This document shows, piece by piece, positions 14,815 to 24,800 of a DNA stretch of 64,000 nucleotides (position 1 is the first letter of the stretch; each line of letters starts with the position of its first letter). This DNA comes from Balanoglossus misakiensis (taxonomy: Eukaryota > Animalia > Hemichordata). The DNA is taken from the NCBI GenBank assembly GCA_040954595.2, contig CM082592.2, forward strand, positions 4,170,735 through 4,234,734, written 5' to 3'. A program made the translations under genes and the position numbers. The notes beneath the pieces were generated by a model. The model was given only the letters and a program-made list of their open reading frames with translations. It was not told the origin of the DNA and did not search any database.

Positions 14815-16206
14815 TCCATCATTGGAACCAGCCAATCATTGTTCGTTTCACATAGTGTCTTCAGTACACTGTATGTCCGCTATTATTTCCATCATAAGAC
14901 GAAAATTCTGATTGATGCTTCCACGAATGTCTACCAAATCAACCACGACCTCTCTTCGGTAACGCATGTTGCAGTTGCCGTGAAGAGACCGTGGTTTACG
15001 ACGATGTTAAGAATGTGATTTAATTTTCAAACATGAAATACAATTCCAAGCTTCTTTATAACTTTTAAGGGAGGATTTGACATCCATACTAGCGCTAAAA
15101 CATTCTGTGTGTTTTCTTCACTCCACGTTAGGTCCGAACTGTTTCACAATTACGAACGTACAACTCGCCGCAGCCTCGGGATCGGGCTGGACGGGCGATG
15201 TTACAATAGGAGAGGTGGCCGCAATTCACGTCGATATCTCCTTCGATGCTATCGGCACAAGCGTTAACGCAGTAACCGTGCCCCGGGACGTTGATATGAA
15301 AATCTACTTAGCCGTCGACAATGCTGGCAACAGCCCGATTCCTAGCGGGAAAGCCTCGGCAACAACTACGACTGAACAGGTCATTTTCTTCCTCACATCC
15401 TCGCAGACGCTAAGCATTAGTGACGCCAGTGCTGACATAGACTTGACGGCCCACGCTGCCTGTGATTTTTCGCACGTTTGTTTCGACCTGAATCCCGCGC
15501 CGTTTACTTGGAGCCTACACGACAGCAGCAGCAGCAGCGGATGTCTTCTCATCAACTGCATCTGTGCGTATACAATTTGTCCCCGTTAAAGGTATATGGT
15601 CACCTACATGCAAATTTAACCACCGTTACCATGGAAACTTCAATAATAGCCAATCACAGCACACGCAAAACAAAGTGCGGCACCACATGGTCATCCGAAC
15701 ACTTAGCCCGCCTTTCTGACCATATATAGGCATATGATTTTGTTAGAGGTGACTGTGTACCTTTAAACTGACATTAACTTTATTTTTGACTTGCATTAGA
15801 TTAATTTTGTCTCTCTTTTCAACTTGAATATTTTTCTGTGTGTCTACCAAATTCTTGTTCTATTCAGGTTACCGGCAATAAAAACCGATCTAGGAAAGTA
15901 TTTCCAGTCGGTAAACGGCAACCAGCATATCCTTCTGAGAGAAAATGCATCCATTGAAAAGAGGATTTGCATTTTACTGAGAACAAAATCTTATAAATTG
16001 AGCAAATCTTACAAGCAGTAATGTCCATACTTCACTTTTACTTGCAGCGCCAATGTCAATGACAACGATTCCAACCCAAGGTTAGTCATCACCTTTATAA
16101 ACATTTTGGTTTGCTCAAGAATTCCTTATTTATTTCTAACACTGTTCACATTCCGAGCCAAATGTAGGGACTTAATGTCACTGAAGGACAGATATAAGTG
16201 ACTTAC

Positions 16207-16247
<41 letters not shown>

Positions 16248-17286
16248 CATTTGTAGCCCAGACAACAACGAGTCCAACTACAGGTGAGCCATTACCTCAA
16301 CTAAGACCATTTTTAATCGTTTCTGTTTGTATCACGTTCTGATACGCTTCACTTGCTGAGTCAAAGTACTGACTTACAACTTAGACCCGCTTAAGGACTG
16401 ATAAAAGTAACTAATTTACGTTCATATGTTTCCGTTTGCAGCCCACCCGACAACGACTGCAACTACAGGTGAGTCATGACCTCGAATTTTTGATTGTTTT
16501 TGTATTGTAGCACGTTCTGATACGTTTCAAATTCCGAGCTAAAGTAGTTAGTTACAACCTAAACCCACTCTCAAACAAATAAGAGTAACTACGTTCATAT
16601 ATTTTTAATTGCAGCCCAACCAACAACGACTGCAACTACAAGTAAGTCATGACATCGTCTTAGACTATTTTTCTTAATTTTGGTTGTATTCCTTGCAGCA
16701 CGTTCTGAAACAGAACAGGTGACTAGTCCATCGATCGTCGTTGATTTAGGCCTACAACTTATAGTCACTCATACTCCCCGTACATGCCAGAGAAATTATT
16801 GTACGTAACCGTTTATTTCTTTTCACCCGCAGCCAAAACAACCACCACCACCACCACCACAACAACAACAACAACTACAACTCAAGGTAGGCCATTAACA
16901 TATAAATTCCACCATTCATTCTGGAATAATAATTCTCGCGAACCAGATCCATTTTCCCGCTTCACGAAAGAAAGCTCTTCTGGCAAAGCTGCAACTGTTG
17001 CCGTAAAGAGGCCGTGGTTTACGACGATAGGAAAATACGAAGGCTCATGCCATATACGTGTGGTATAGTGCATGGGGGTTAGAAGTTATATTTCTTGGAC
17101 AATTGACAGTCTGGAGTTTTATCGATTGATATAGTAACATCTCTTTGAGGCAAGACGACGTTTACAGAGTACAAATATATATTTCTACTTGTATTGTCCC
17201 TAGGCGCCACAACAAGGCAGAATACTGTAACTCCAGGTAAGTCATCTAATTGTGTGCACATTGTCTTTATGTGTCTGTAGTCTAAC

Positions 17287-17340
<54 letters not shown>

Positions 17341-20193
17341 GTGATGGTGGTGGTGGTGGTGGTGGTGGTGGTGGTGGTGGTGGTGGTGGTGGTGGTGGTG
17401 GTGGTGGTGGTGGTGGTGGTGGTGGTGGTGGTGGTGGTGGTGGTCCATTAAAACACATGATTTTTGTGAAAATATCGTGTCCTTATTTTGGATCTTTCTT
17501 TTGCATCCCTATCTTTTTTTCCAGCTGCTGTGAGTAGGCATACAAGCGTAACACCAGGTAAGCCACCAGAATGACATTACATTGTATATTAACTTGTATG
17601 CCTCTTTCTTGAGTTAGAAGTTGATGTTATAATCTGTTGACTGAATACCGTGATGATGAAGATGATTATAAGGAGGAGGAGGAGGAGGAGGGGAAGGGGA
17701 AGGCCAAGGGGAGGGTGTGAAGTATCCTGGAAGAAGAAAATGCTGGCATCAACAGCGAAAATAATGACAAGTATATGAAAATAGCTAACAGTATAGTACT
17801 TCTTATAATGTATTATACGCCTCGAAAATCAGTCCTGAGATTGTATCTGTAAAATGTACCTGCATTGAATTTGGCCCGGAAATGCGAGAATTTTGGGATG
17901 TGAAATAAAAACAATTAAACTTGCCTACAGATGGCGAGATCAACCATTTAGCGCATAATTAATTATGTTTCCTAGCTTGTCTGTCCGTTCATATTCTACG
18001 TACTTTTTCTGTGTGAAATTTCGCTTAATAGCAAAAGCGTGTGCCATAAACGAAACATACACTGCATTAATGGTATACAATCACCCTTAACATATGCGTG
18101 TCACGTGGTTAAAAGAGCGTGTCTAAAGTCTTCGAATGACCGTTTGATGGCGCTCTTCCCGCCTTGATTTGAGAATACTGATAATACCCAGCTTTCTTGC
18201 ACTGGTAGAAGGCTCCCGAATTTACGAGTGCCGTTTTTTTGTCGCAATACCGTTTTCGTTTCACGACATAATGTTTCCGGAGAACTCCAGATTGAAAATG
18301 AACCAGATTTTTTCCTCGGCCGCGGAAGCCTTGTCAGGTGAGCTTGACATCAAGTAAAACGCAAAAAAACACTAACACACAGAGCACATCGTTAAATTTA
18401 ACAAAATGGGTTTGCAAGGTACTCTCCAGGGTTTTAACGGTTGGTGAGACAACATTCCGTTTCATTGTCAAGTGTTCTGTAGATCATGCTTATTTTTTCT
18501 TGTGATTTCAGTTTCCACTGGCACGCGAATTCACCACGAAATCGCCCTTATCGTAGAAGACTTCAACATCTTGTACGACCGCGAAGACTTCTTCGATCCC
18601 GACGACGTCATCACATTCAACATCACGTTCTTGTTGTCAATACACCCGATATCAACATCCGGTATCCAGGGAGACGCGAACTGGAAAGTTGAACTGTACA
18701 TTTCGGAAACGGACACCGGAGACCCTCTGGAGAGGAAACCAGTAGGACTTACTGACGAGGAGTTGGCATACGATCTCAATTCCACTGAAGTTCTTGCTTT
18801 TAAGGACATCGTCATGGAATTCCATTGGACGAACTACACGTGTCGTGGGTCGGTGTATGGATGCGTCAAAGTCGAACCACATGCCAGTGCCAACTGGGCT
18901 TTGGATCCGCTGTATGCAAAGAATATAAGATGTCAAATGGTGTACTGCCCTTCTGAAGGTTTGTGGTGCCCTTAATATTCTGTATCAATCAATGAATACA
19001 AAAGGCAGACTAATGGTAAACGAGTATGGTATTAGAGTTTATAAGCTTAGGCTGCATTCACAAACACCTCTGGAGGGGGGGGGGGGGGGCGGGAGAATTC
19101 AATTTTTTTTACCGCTAATTTTCACACGCCCCCCTTCCGAACTGCCAATATTTTCAAATCCCCCCCTTCCGAACTGCCAAAATTTTGAAATCCCCCCCCC
19201 CCATTTTCTTTCACAGAGCAAAACACATCACCTATCTATCTTGTAAAAAGAAAAACAGCGCTCCCATGAAAAGAATTTGAAGCTGATGTTTCCCCTCATC
19301 AGTGGGTATTAAAACTGAACATTGTTTTTATTTTTTAGGTATCTGTATTCTGTGTTGGGAGACATTGTAAAGCAAGAATTGAAGGGGGTGGGTTTGGGAG
19401 GGGGTGTCCCCCTCCCACGTAAGAAAATTTTCTAAAATACAGAGCTCAAAGTTGCATTTTAATGAACCCGGCAAAAGCAAATTAACTCAACTACCGGTAT
19501 GTTGGGGAGGACAAATTTAACCGTCGCCGCTCAAAGTTATCATGGGGTGGGGCAAGTCCCCTGATCTGGGACACTAGATAAACCAGTCAATGATTGAAAG
19601 GTGTTGATGAATGGAGGGGGTGGGTGTGGGAGGGGGTGTCCCCCTCCCACATTAGAAAATTTTGTAAAATAAAGGGCGCGAAACTGCATTTTTGTGGACT
19701 CAAAATAAATATTTAGTCGTTAAAGTTTTCAAGTCCCCCCCTTTCAGTCCCTAAATTATTTCAAATCCCCCCCCTTACATACCCTCAATTTTTTCAAATC
19801 CCCCCCCCTCAATTCTCCTGCCCCCCCCCTCCAGAGGTGTTTGTGAATGCAGCCTTAGGTCCTACTGGTATGCTGGCTATCTAGATGGGTTGGTTGGTTG
19901 GTTGGTTGGTTGGTTGGTGGGTGGGTGGGTGGGTGGGTGGATGGATGGATGGATGGATGGACAGACAGACAGGCATGGGTGGGTGGATCACAGAAAAATA
20001 GGCCCTTTCTCTTTGTCTGTGGGTGGATGGATGGATAGATAGACGGCCGGCCGGATGGACGGATAAATCGACTACTTTGAACCTGAAAATGCACTGAAAT
20101 TATTTCATTTCTCTCCATCGAACAGGTTCAACCGCCACCCAGGGTGTTGTTACTCTTGTGTTTATGGTTTTGATTGTATTTGCGGTGACGTAA
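14583..20193 (+). CDS. gene 2: secreted, probably GPI-anchored protein (~423 aa): signal peptide, module, micro-exon Thr-rich stalk, module, hydrophobic C-terminus; exons 14583-14673, 15132-15563, 16048-16080, 16257-16283, 16442-16468, 16615-16641, 16833-16886, 17204-17236, 17525-17557, 18512-18958, 20126-20193
   Basis: All junctions are GT-AG and phase 1; the joined length of 1272 nt is an open frame. Exon 1 is MVFGHYYGIRYIILLYTINFLFGSVSSCTA (signal-peptide-like) and the last exon is GSTATQGVVTLVFMVLIVFAVT*. The two large exons share the IYL/LYIS, C-x5/6-C and C-x4-C pattern, resembling the gene 1 modules. Confidence 0.82.
14726..14816. repeat. (TTTC)n microsatellite
   Basis: Seen directly; intron of gene 2. 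Confidence 0.97.
15590..15762 (+). mobile_element. TTAA-flanked short MITE (Kolobok-like termini)
   Basis: ttaa|AGGTATATGGTCACCT...AGGTGACTGTGTACCT|ttaa; relatives at 26382-26551 and partial copies near 1356, 6430-6480 and 9515-9555. Confidence 0.7.
16048..17557 (+). CDS. array of seven symmetric micro-exons (33, 27, 27, 27, 54, 33, 33 nt) encoding a 78-aa Thr/Pro-rich O-glycosylation stalk of gene 2
   Basis: Each has a pyrimidine tract + (c/t)ag and a gt(a/g/t)ag donor. Peptides: SPMSMTTIPTQ / AQTTTSPTT / AHPTTTATT / AQPTTTATT / TKT(n)Q / GATTRQNTVTP / AAVSRHTSVTP. Confidence 0.82.
17287..17443. repeat. compound (GAT)n(GGT)n microsatellite
   Basis: Seen directly; between micro-exons 6 and 7. 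Confidence 0.97.
19050..19854 (+). mobile_element. non-autonomous PIF/Harbinger-type MITE, copy A (last intron of gene 2)
   Basis: TIR GGCTGCATTCACAAACACCTCTGGAGGGGG at both ends; 3-bp TSD TTA (19047-19049, 19855-19857); no coding capacity. Confidence 0.9.
19887..19971. repeat. compound (GGTT)/(GGGT)/(GGAT)/(GACA) microsatellite
   Basis: Seen directly. Confidence 0.9.
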
Positions 20194-20624
20194 TGGATCA
20201 CGGGAAGTTTGATTCTGTCGTTTATAAAAAAAAGGTCACCGGTGGAAAATCAAGGAAGAAATCAACTGCAGTTTTAATGTGTTCACTTGAGGAATATCGA
20301 CCGCGTGAATCAATTCGCAGACTGTAACGAAACGAGTAACCCAGTGCTTTCACAGCATGGTCCTTGAAACGGCACAGTCGGCCATTTTAGCAACCACCTG
20401 CATGGCGTTGCATCCGGGTATTTTGGCACGGTATTCAAAACCCAACTTGTGACGCTTGTTGTAAGAGAAATGCGAATTACATATTAATACATATTATACG
20501 GAATATCATGGCAGAATTCGTGTAAAGGCCACACAGGGCTGAAGAAATAAGCCTAGACAATTCAATAAGGAATTTCATACACAATGACAATGACCGAACG
20601 ATATAGCACTATATGTACTATTAT

Positions 20625-20934
20625 ATTATACCAGTATATTGATGGTGTAAATCACGCTATTTGATTGGTCGAGACACGACACGTGACCGTGATATATTAG
20701 CCATATACCACAGTCATATATCATAGTTAAAGAAAATGCCTTTTTAAAATGTTTTATGCAAAGTTTCAATATACTGGCATAATATAATAGCAATAAAACA
20801 CCCCCAGCCATGGTATACCACTCGATTTTGACCAGTTCAACTCCATATACGCACTCGCTATCGCTCGTGCGTATATGTCGTGAACTGGTCAAAATCTCGT
20901 GATATACCATGGCTGGGGGTGTTTTATTGCTTAA
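20625..20934. repeat. double-hairpin (foldback) interspersed element with a ~143-bp near-perfect palindrome
   Basis: The arms at 20789-20931 (AGCAATAAAACACCCCCAGCCATGGTATA...TATACCATGGCTGGGGGTGTTTTATTGCT) are reverse complements. An upstream pair attataccagtatattga / tcaatatactggcataat forms a second stem. Confidence 0.8.
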
Positions 20935-21269
20935 TTATATGATTGTCAGGGTGACCTTTTTAAAATTCTATACACTCCAGATTCTATTTATTTTTATAAA
21001 TATTATTTAATCACATTATTTAAACATGTATTTTCATTGTTGTTTTTGTTACTATGAACATATATTATCCCGTCCACGTAACCACGGTTACGGACTGTAC
21101 AAGAGACTTTTCAGGTTTATGTATGTTACTTGATATTTCTGATACACAAGCAACGCGTGGCGCTTTAATTTTAAATTTAATAAATTGTATTAAAATACTA
21201 AGGAGTGTATATTTACGATTAAATGGATGAAAACCCTTTCGAGAGGAAGGTCAAGGGTTTATGTTGGGT

Positions 21270-21444
21270 AGAGTCGTCTCTCTTTCCAGACCCTCATCGC
21301 TTCGCTAGAGCGCCATTGGCGGTATGACGTATGACAACTGAAGGCGAGCAGTGGAGCGACGAACCCGAGTCCCAACCGCTTCGCCCCGAGCCAGGTCCTA
21401 CCTCCAGTGGGCATTATGCGAACGAGGTCTGGAAATCGAAACTA
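21270..21444. mobile_element. MITE-like element with imperfect inverted ends
   Basis: TTTCCAGACCCTC ... GAGGTCTGGAAA inverted pair around a GC-rich core. Confidence 0.4.
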
Positions 21445-21802
21445 AGGGACTGGTCAGTTTCTTCGGCCTTGGTTGGGTTTGGTTCTATTTTGTGGATACC
21501 AAAAAAGTGACTGACCCCTCTCATCTTCATTTACAACGGTTTACAGGAAGAAGTGTTGCATTAGTGAAAATAAAATACTTATAGGCTACAGAAAAAATAA
21601 GTTGCTTTTAGATGAGGAACTATCTCGTGTATCATACCCAAATGGAGAATTGTAATTACATTGTACATTTTGTATATACAAAATATTTATTTATGAATGT
21701 TGGGCTTCCATGTAGAAATGGGTACAATAAAATTATATTTTGGTGTTCATAAGATGTGTGATGCCAGTAAGATTTTTTACGCATTTTCAATTACAGAGTG
21801 TG

Positions 21803-24800
21803 ATGAAATTAATGACGTTGTTAACAATGTCGGGTGTCACTTTTTCTGGACAAGGTTTCTGTGTCTTCTTTTTGCGACATTTTATTCATTGACTTATTTT
21901 CTACTTGTGTTGAAGTTCTCTCGACGATGACAACGTCAACGGAGGAGCTACCATCAACGGAAATATTCACAACTGTGGCGATATATACAACCACAGAAAC
22001 ATCACCAACGTTGACCGTCACTGGAGAATCTAGTCTGGATACCGAACGACTATCAACGGAAATCTCGACAACTGTGGCGATATCTACAGCCACAGAAACA
22101 TCACCAACGTTGACCATCACGAGAGAATCTAGCTCGACAACCCAACTACCATCAACGGAAATCCCCACAACTGAGACGGAATCTACAACCACAGAAATAT
22201 CACCAACGATGACCGTCATGGGAGAATCTAGTCTGGATACCGAAGTACCATCAACGGAAATCGCCACAACTGTGGCAGGACCTACAACCACAGAAACGTC
22301 TCCACGACTGACGGACGACACCACACTAGCAATGAAATCGACGAATTCTGAAACATCTTCATCGATTGGACCGGATACACCAAAAGATGTTTCTACGATG
22401 ATTAGAGAGACCACAAAAGTCTCCACTATAAACCAATCGACAGATGTACAAACATCATTGCAAGCAACGGATTCATCATTACCTTTCGAGTTGACAACAT
22501 CAGAGTTTTCCTCGACGCACACAGCGCGCCAAACAACTGAACAATCCGCAACACCGGTATTGTCATCAACGGAAACTGTATCCACAGGATTGGTCTCCAC
22601 AGAGGTTGCCAGGGCAACTTCGACCAAAGCTCCAACGGATATACAATCTACAACTTTAGAAAATTCATCATCGTCGCCTGAGTACGTAACCTCGACTACA
22701 GAGGGAAGCGTTGCACCATCCACTGCAGAAATGCCGAATGCGGTACAGTCCACAGATTCCAAAACGACTTCACTGCAGCCAACTGAATCGGTGACTACAA
22801 TATTTCCATCAACAATCACTGAAGCCGATGTTGCAACGCCGACAGGAGTTGTACCAACAGAAACTCCATCACCGATTGAATATGCAACGTCGAGCGTGAC
22901 TTCCAGACAGGATAATGTCGCATCGACTGAAAAAACGTCATCTATGACGCAATCCTCAGAATTCAACACGTCACTACAGTCAGCAAAATCGGTAACTTCA
23001 AATTTCGCTTCAACGAAAGCCGGTGTTGCAACATCGGCTACAATTGTGCCATCTGCAATTGCAATGCATACTTTAAATTCAGAAAGTTCGTCGTTGTCGA
23101 CTGAATATATAACTACAAGTCCGCCACATGGCAAGTCGACAACATCGACTGATGCTTCAAATACAATTATACAATCTTCAATTTTAAACACAACAACATC
23201 CCCGTCAACCCAGTCGGTGACTTCAAAATCGGCTTCTGTTGTGAACGATGTTGTAAAATCGAGCGAAGTTGTGTCAACTTCCACACAGGACAATATAAGA
23301 GATATAGTAACGCCGTCTGTGACGCAATCCACAGAATTCAAAACGTCACTACAGTCAACAGAATCGGTAACTTCAAATTTTGATTTCATACACATTCGCT
23401 GCTTTTATGCCTCCGCACTCTATATAACAGTCTGAGAGCTAAATGCCCCCCTGGGCCAGTGTGGTTGAATGCCATACAATCCACAAGTTTTCATTCGTCA
23501 TCGTTGTCGACTGAATCATAGAATACAATTTTTCACACAGGATGATGCTGGAACGTCCAGTGGAACAACTCCAACTGTAAAATCATCTACAAACCCGTCG
23601 ATCAAGACTATTACCTCAAAAATGTCTACTTCGCTTGCCTGGACGAAAGAAAGCTCAATAGATCAGCGAATCTCTACACCACGCAGACAGCCAACAGCAG
23701 CAGCCGCACTATCAGGTAATATGTGTGTATTGTGACGTCATATTTTAATTCACAAACTCGTCCGGAAATTCTGACAGGCTTGAATTTGATGATGACTTGC
23801 GTCGTCTTTTATTTGCAGGGATCGACGCATGTGCAATCTCCGACCGTTGCTCGCCTGATCGACTCTGCCTAACCGACGAGTCACTGGAGTCTGGGTACAG
23901 GTGCGTTTGCAAGCCTGGTTACTATGAGGTCAATGGTACTTGCGAAGGTAAACATATAAATCTGCCTTTACTTCTTGTAATGATCTAAAATAAAGACATC
24001 AATACGACGTTTCTGATAATTAACCGAGTCTTTATAAAAGCCAAAGCTTGCATCTTTGTCGCTTAAACGAAAAATAATGGACGCAATCGTAACATAATAT
24101 TCCTTTTCCTTCCACTTTAGACTGCAAGTCGTTTCTAACTACCCTGAGAATACTCGAAATTAATCTCCAGGAAGCGAAGTATCGGGATGAACTGACTGTC
24201 CCAGACTCCGCTTATTACGAGCAAACTGCTATTGATATCAAAAAGTCGGTAAGTGAAGAATTAATCTATTGACGAAGAAGGATTGATAACGACAGAATTT
24301 CACAACCAGGGCACTCAATCCAATAAAGCTTGCCCCGGATTATTTTTGGGACGATGCGCTGTTTGAAGATTTCTGTAACAGTTACACTGAATTCCTTTAT
24401 CAGTTACTAATAGGTATTAAGGTAGAATGCTCAATGACAATTAACTGCAAAGGCAGAAATGTTTGACCAAAAAGGAAGTCATGAAATAAGTCAACATAGT
24501 ACATCTCTAACTACAGTGACTGGTCGACTTTTTACCAAGAATGCACTTATTATAATGTGATTTGACCCCCTAGCACAAAGACGGTGAAAACCTATGTTAG
24601 GTAGCCAGAATTGATCCCTACAGCTACCTGTAGGCAAGTTGGAAAGGTAGCAAATAATTGAACGATCTGGTGAGATCATTGTTTTCTGCAAGACTGGAAG
24701 TCCCAGGATTCGGTCATTCTTACTATCCGAGAGAGTGGATGGCCAAATTATCTCAAAGTTTCCTTTATTATTCTATCTGGCACAGATGGACCAGGTTTTC

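Noticed and set aside
16200-16700. regularly spaced short repeats superficially like a CRISPR array
   Set aside because: The repeats are splice-site-flanked micro-exons, the 'spacers' are mutually similar introns, the context is eukaryotic and there are no cas genes.
17242-17448. poly-His ORF
   Set aside because: Antisense reading of an intronic (GAT)n(GGT)n tract.
18992-19246. similar ORFs at 18992 and 32178 suggesting paralogous small proteins
   Set aside because: Both are read-throughs of the same non-coding MITE end.
21821-23395. 524-aa minus-strand ORF rich in V/D/S
   Set aside because: It is the antisense shadow of the S/T-rich mucin exon; the + strand carries the splice signals and domain context.
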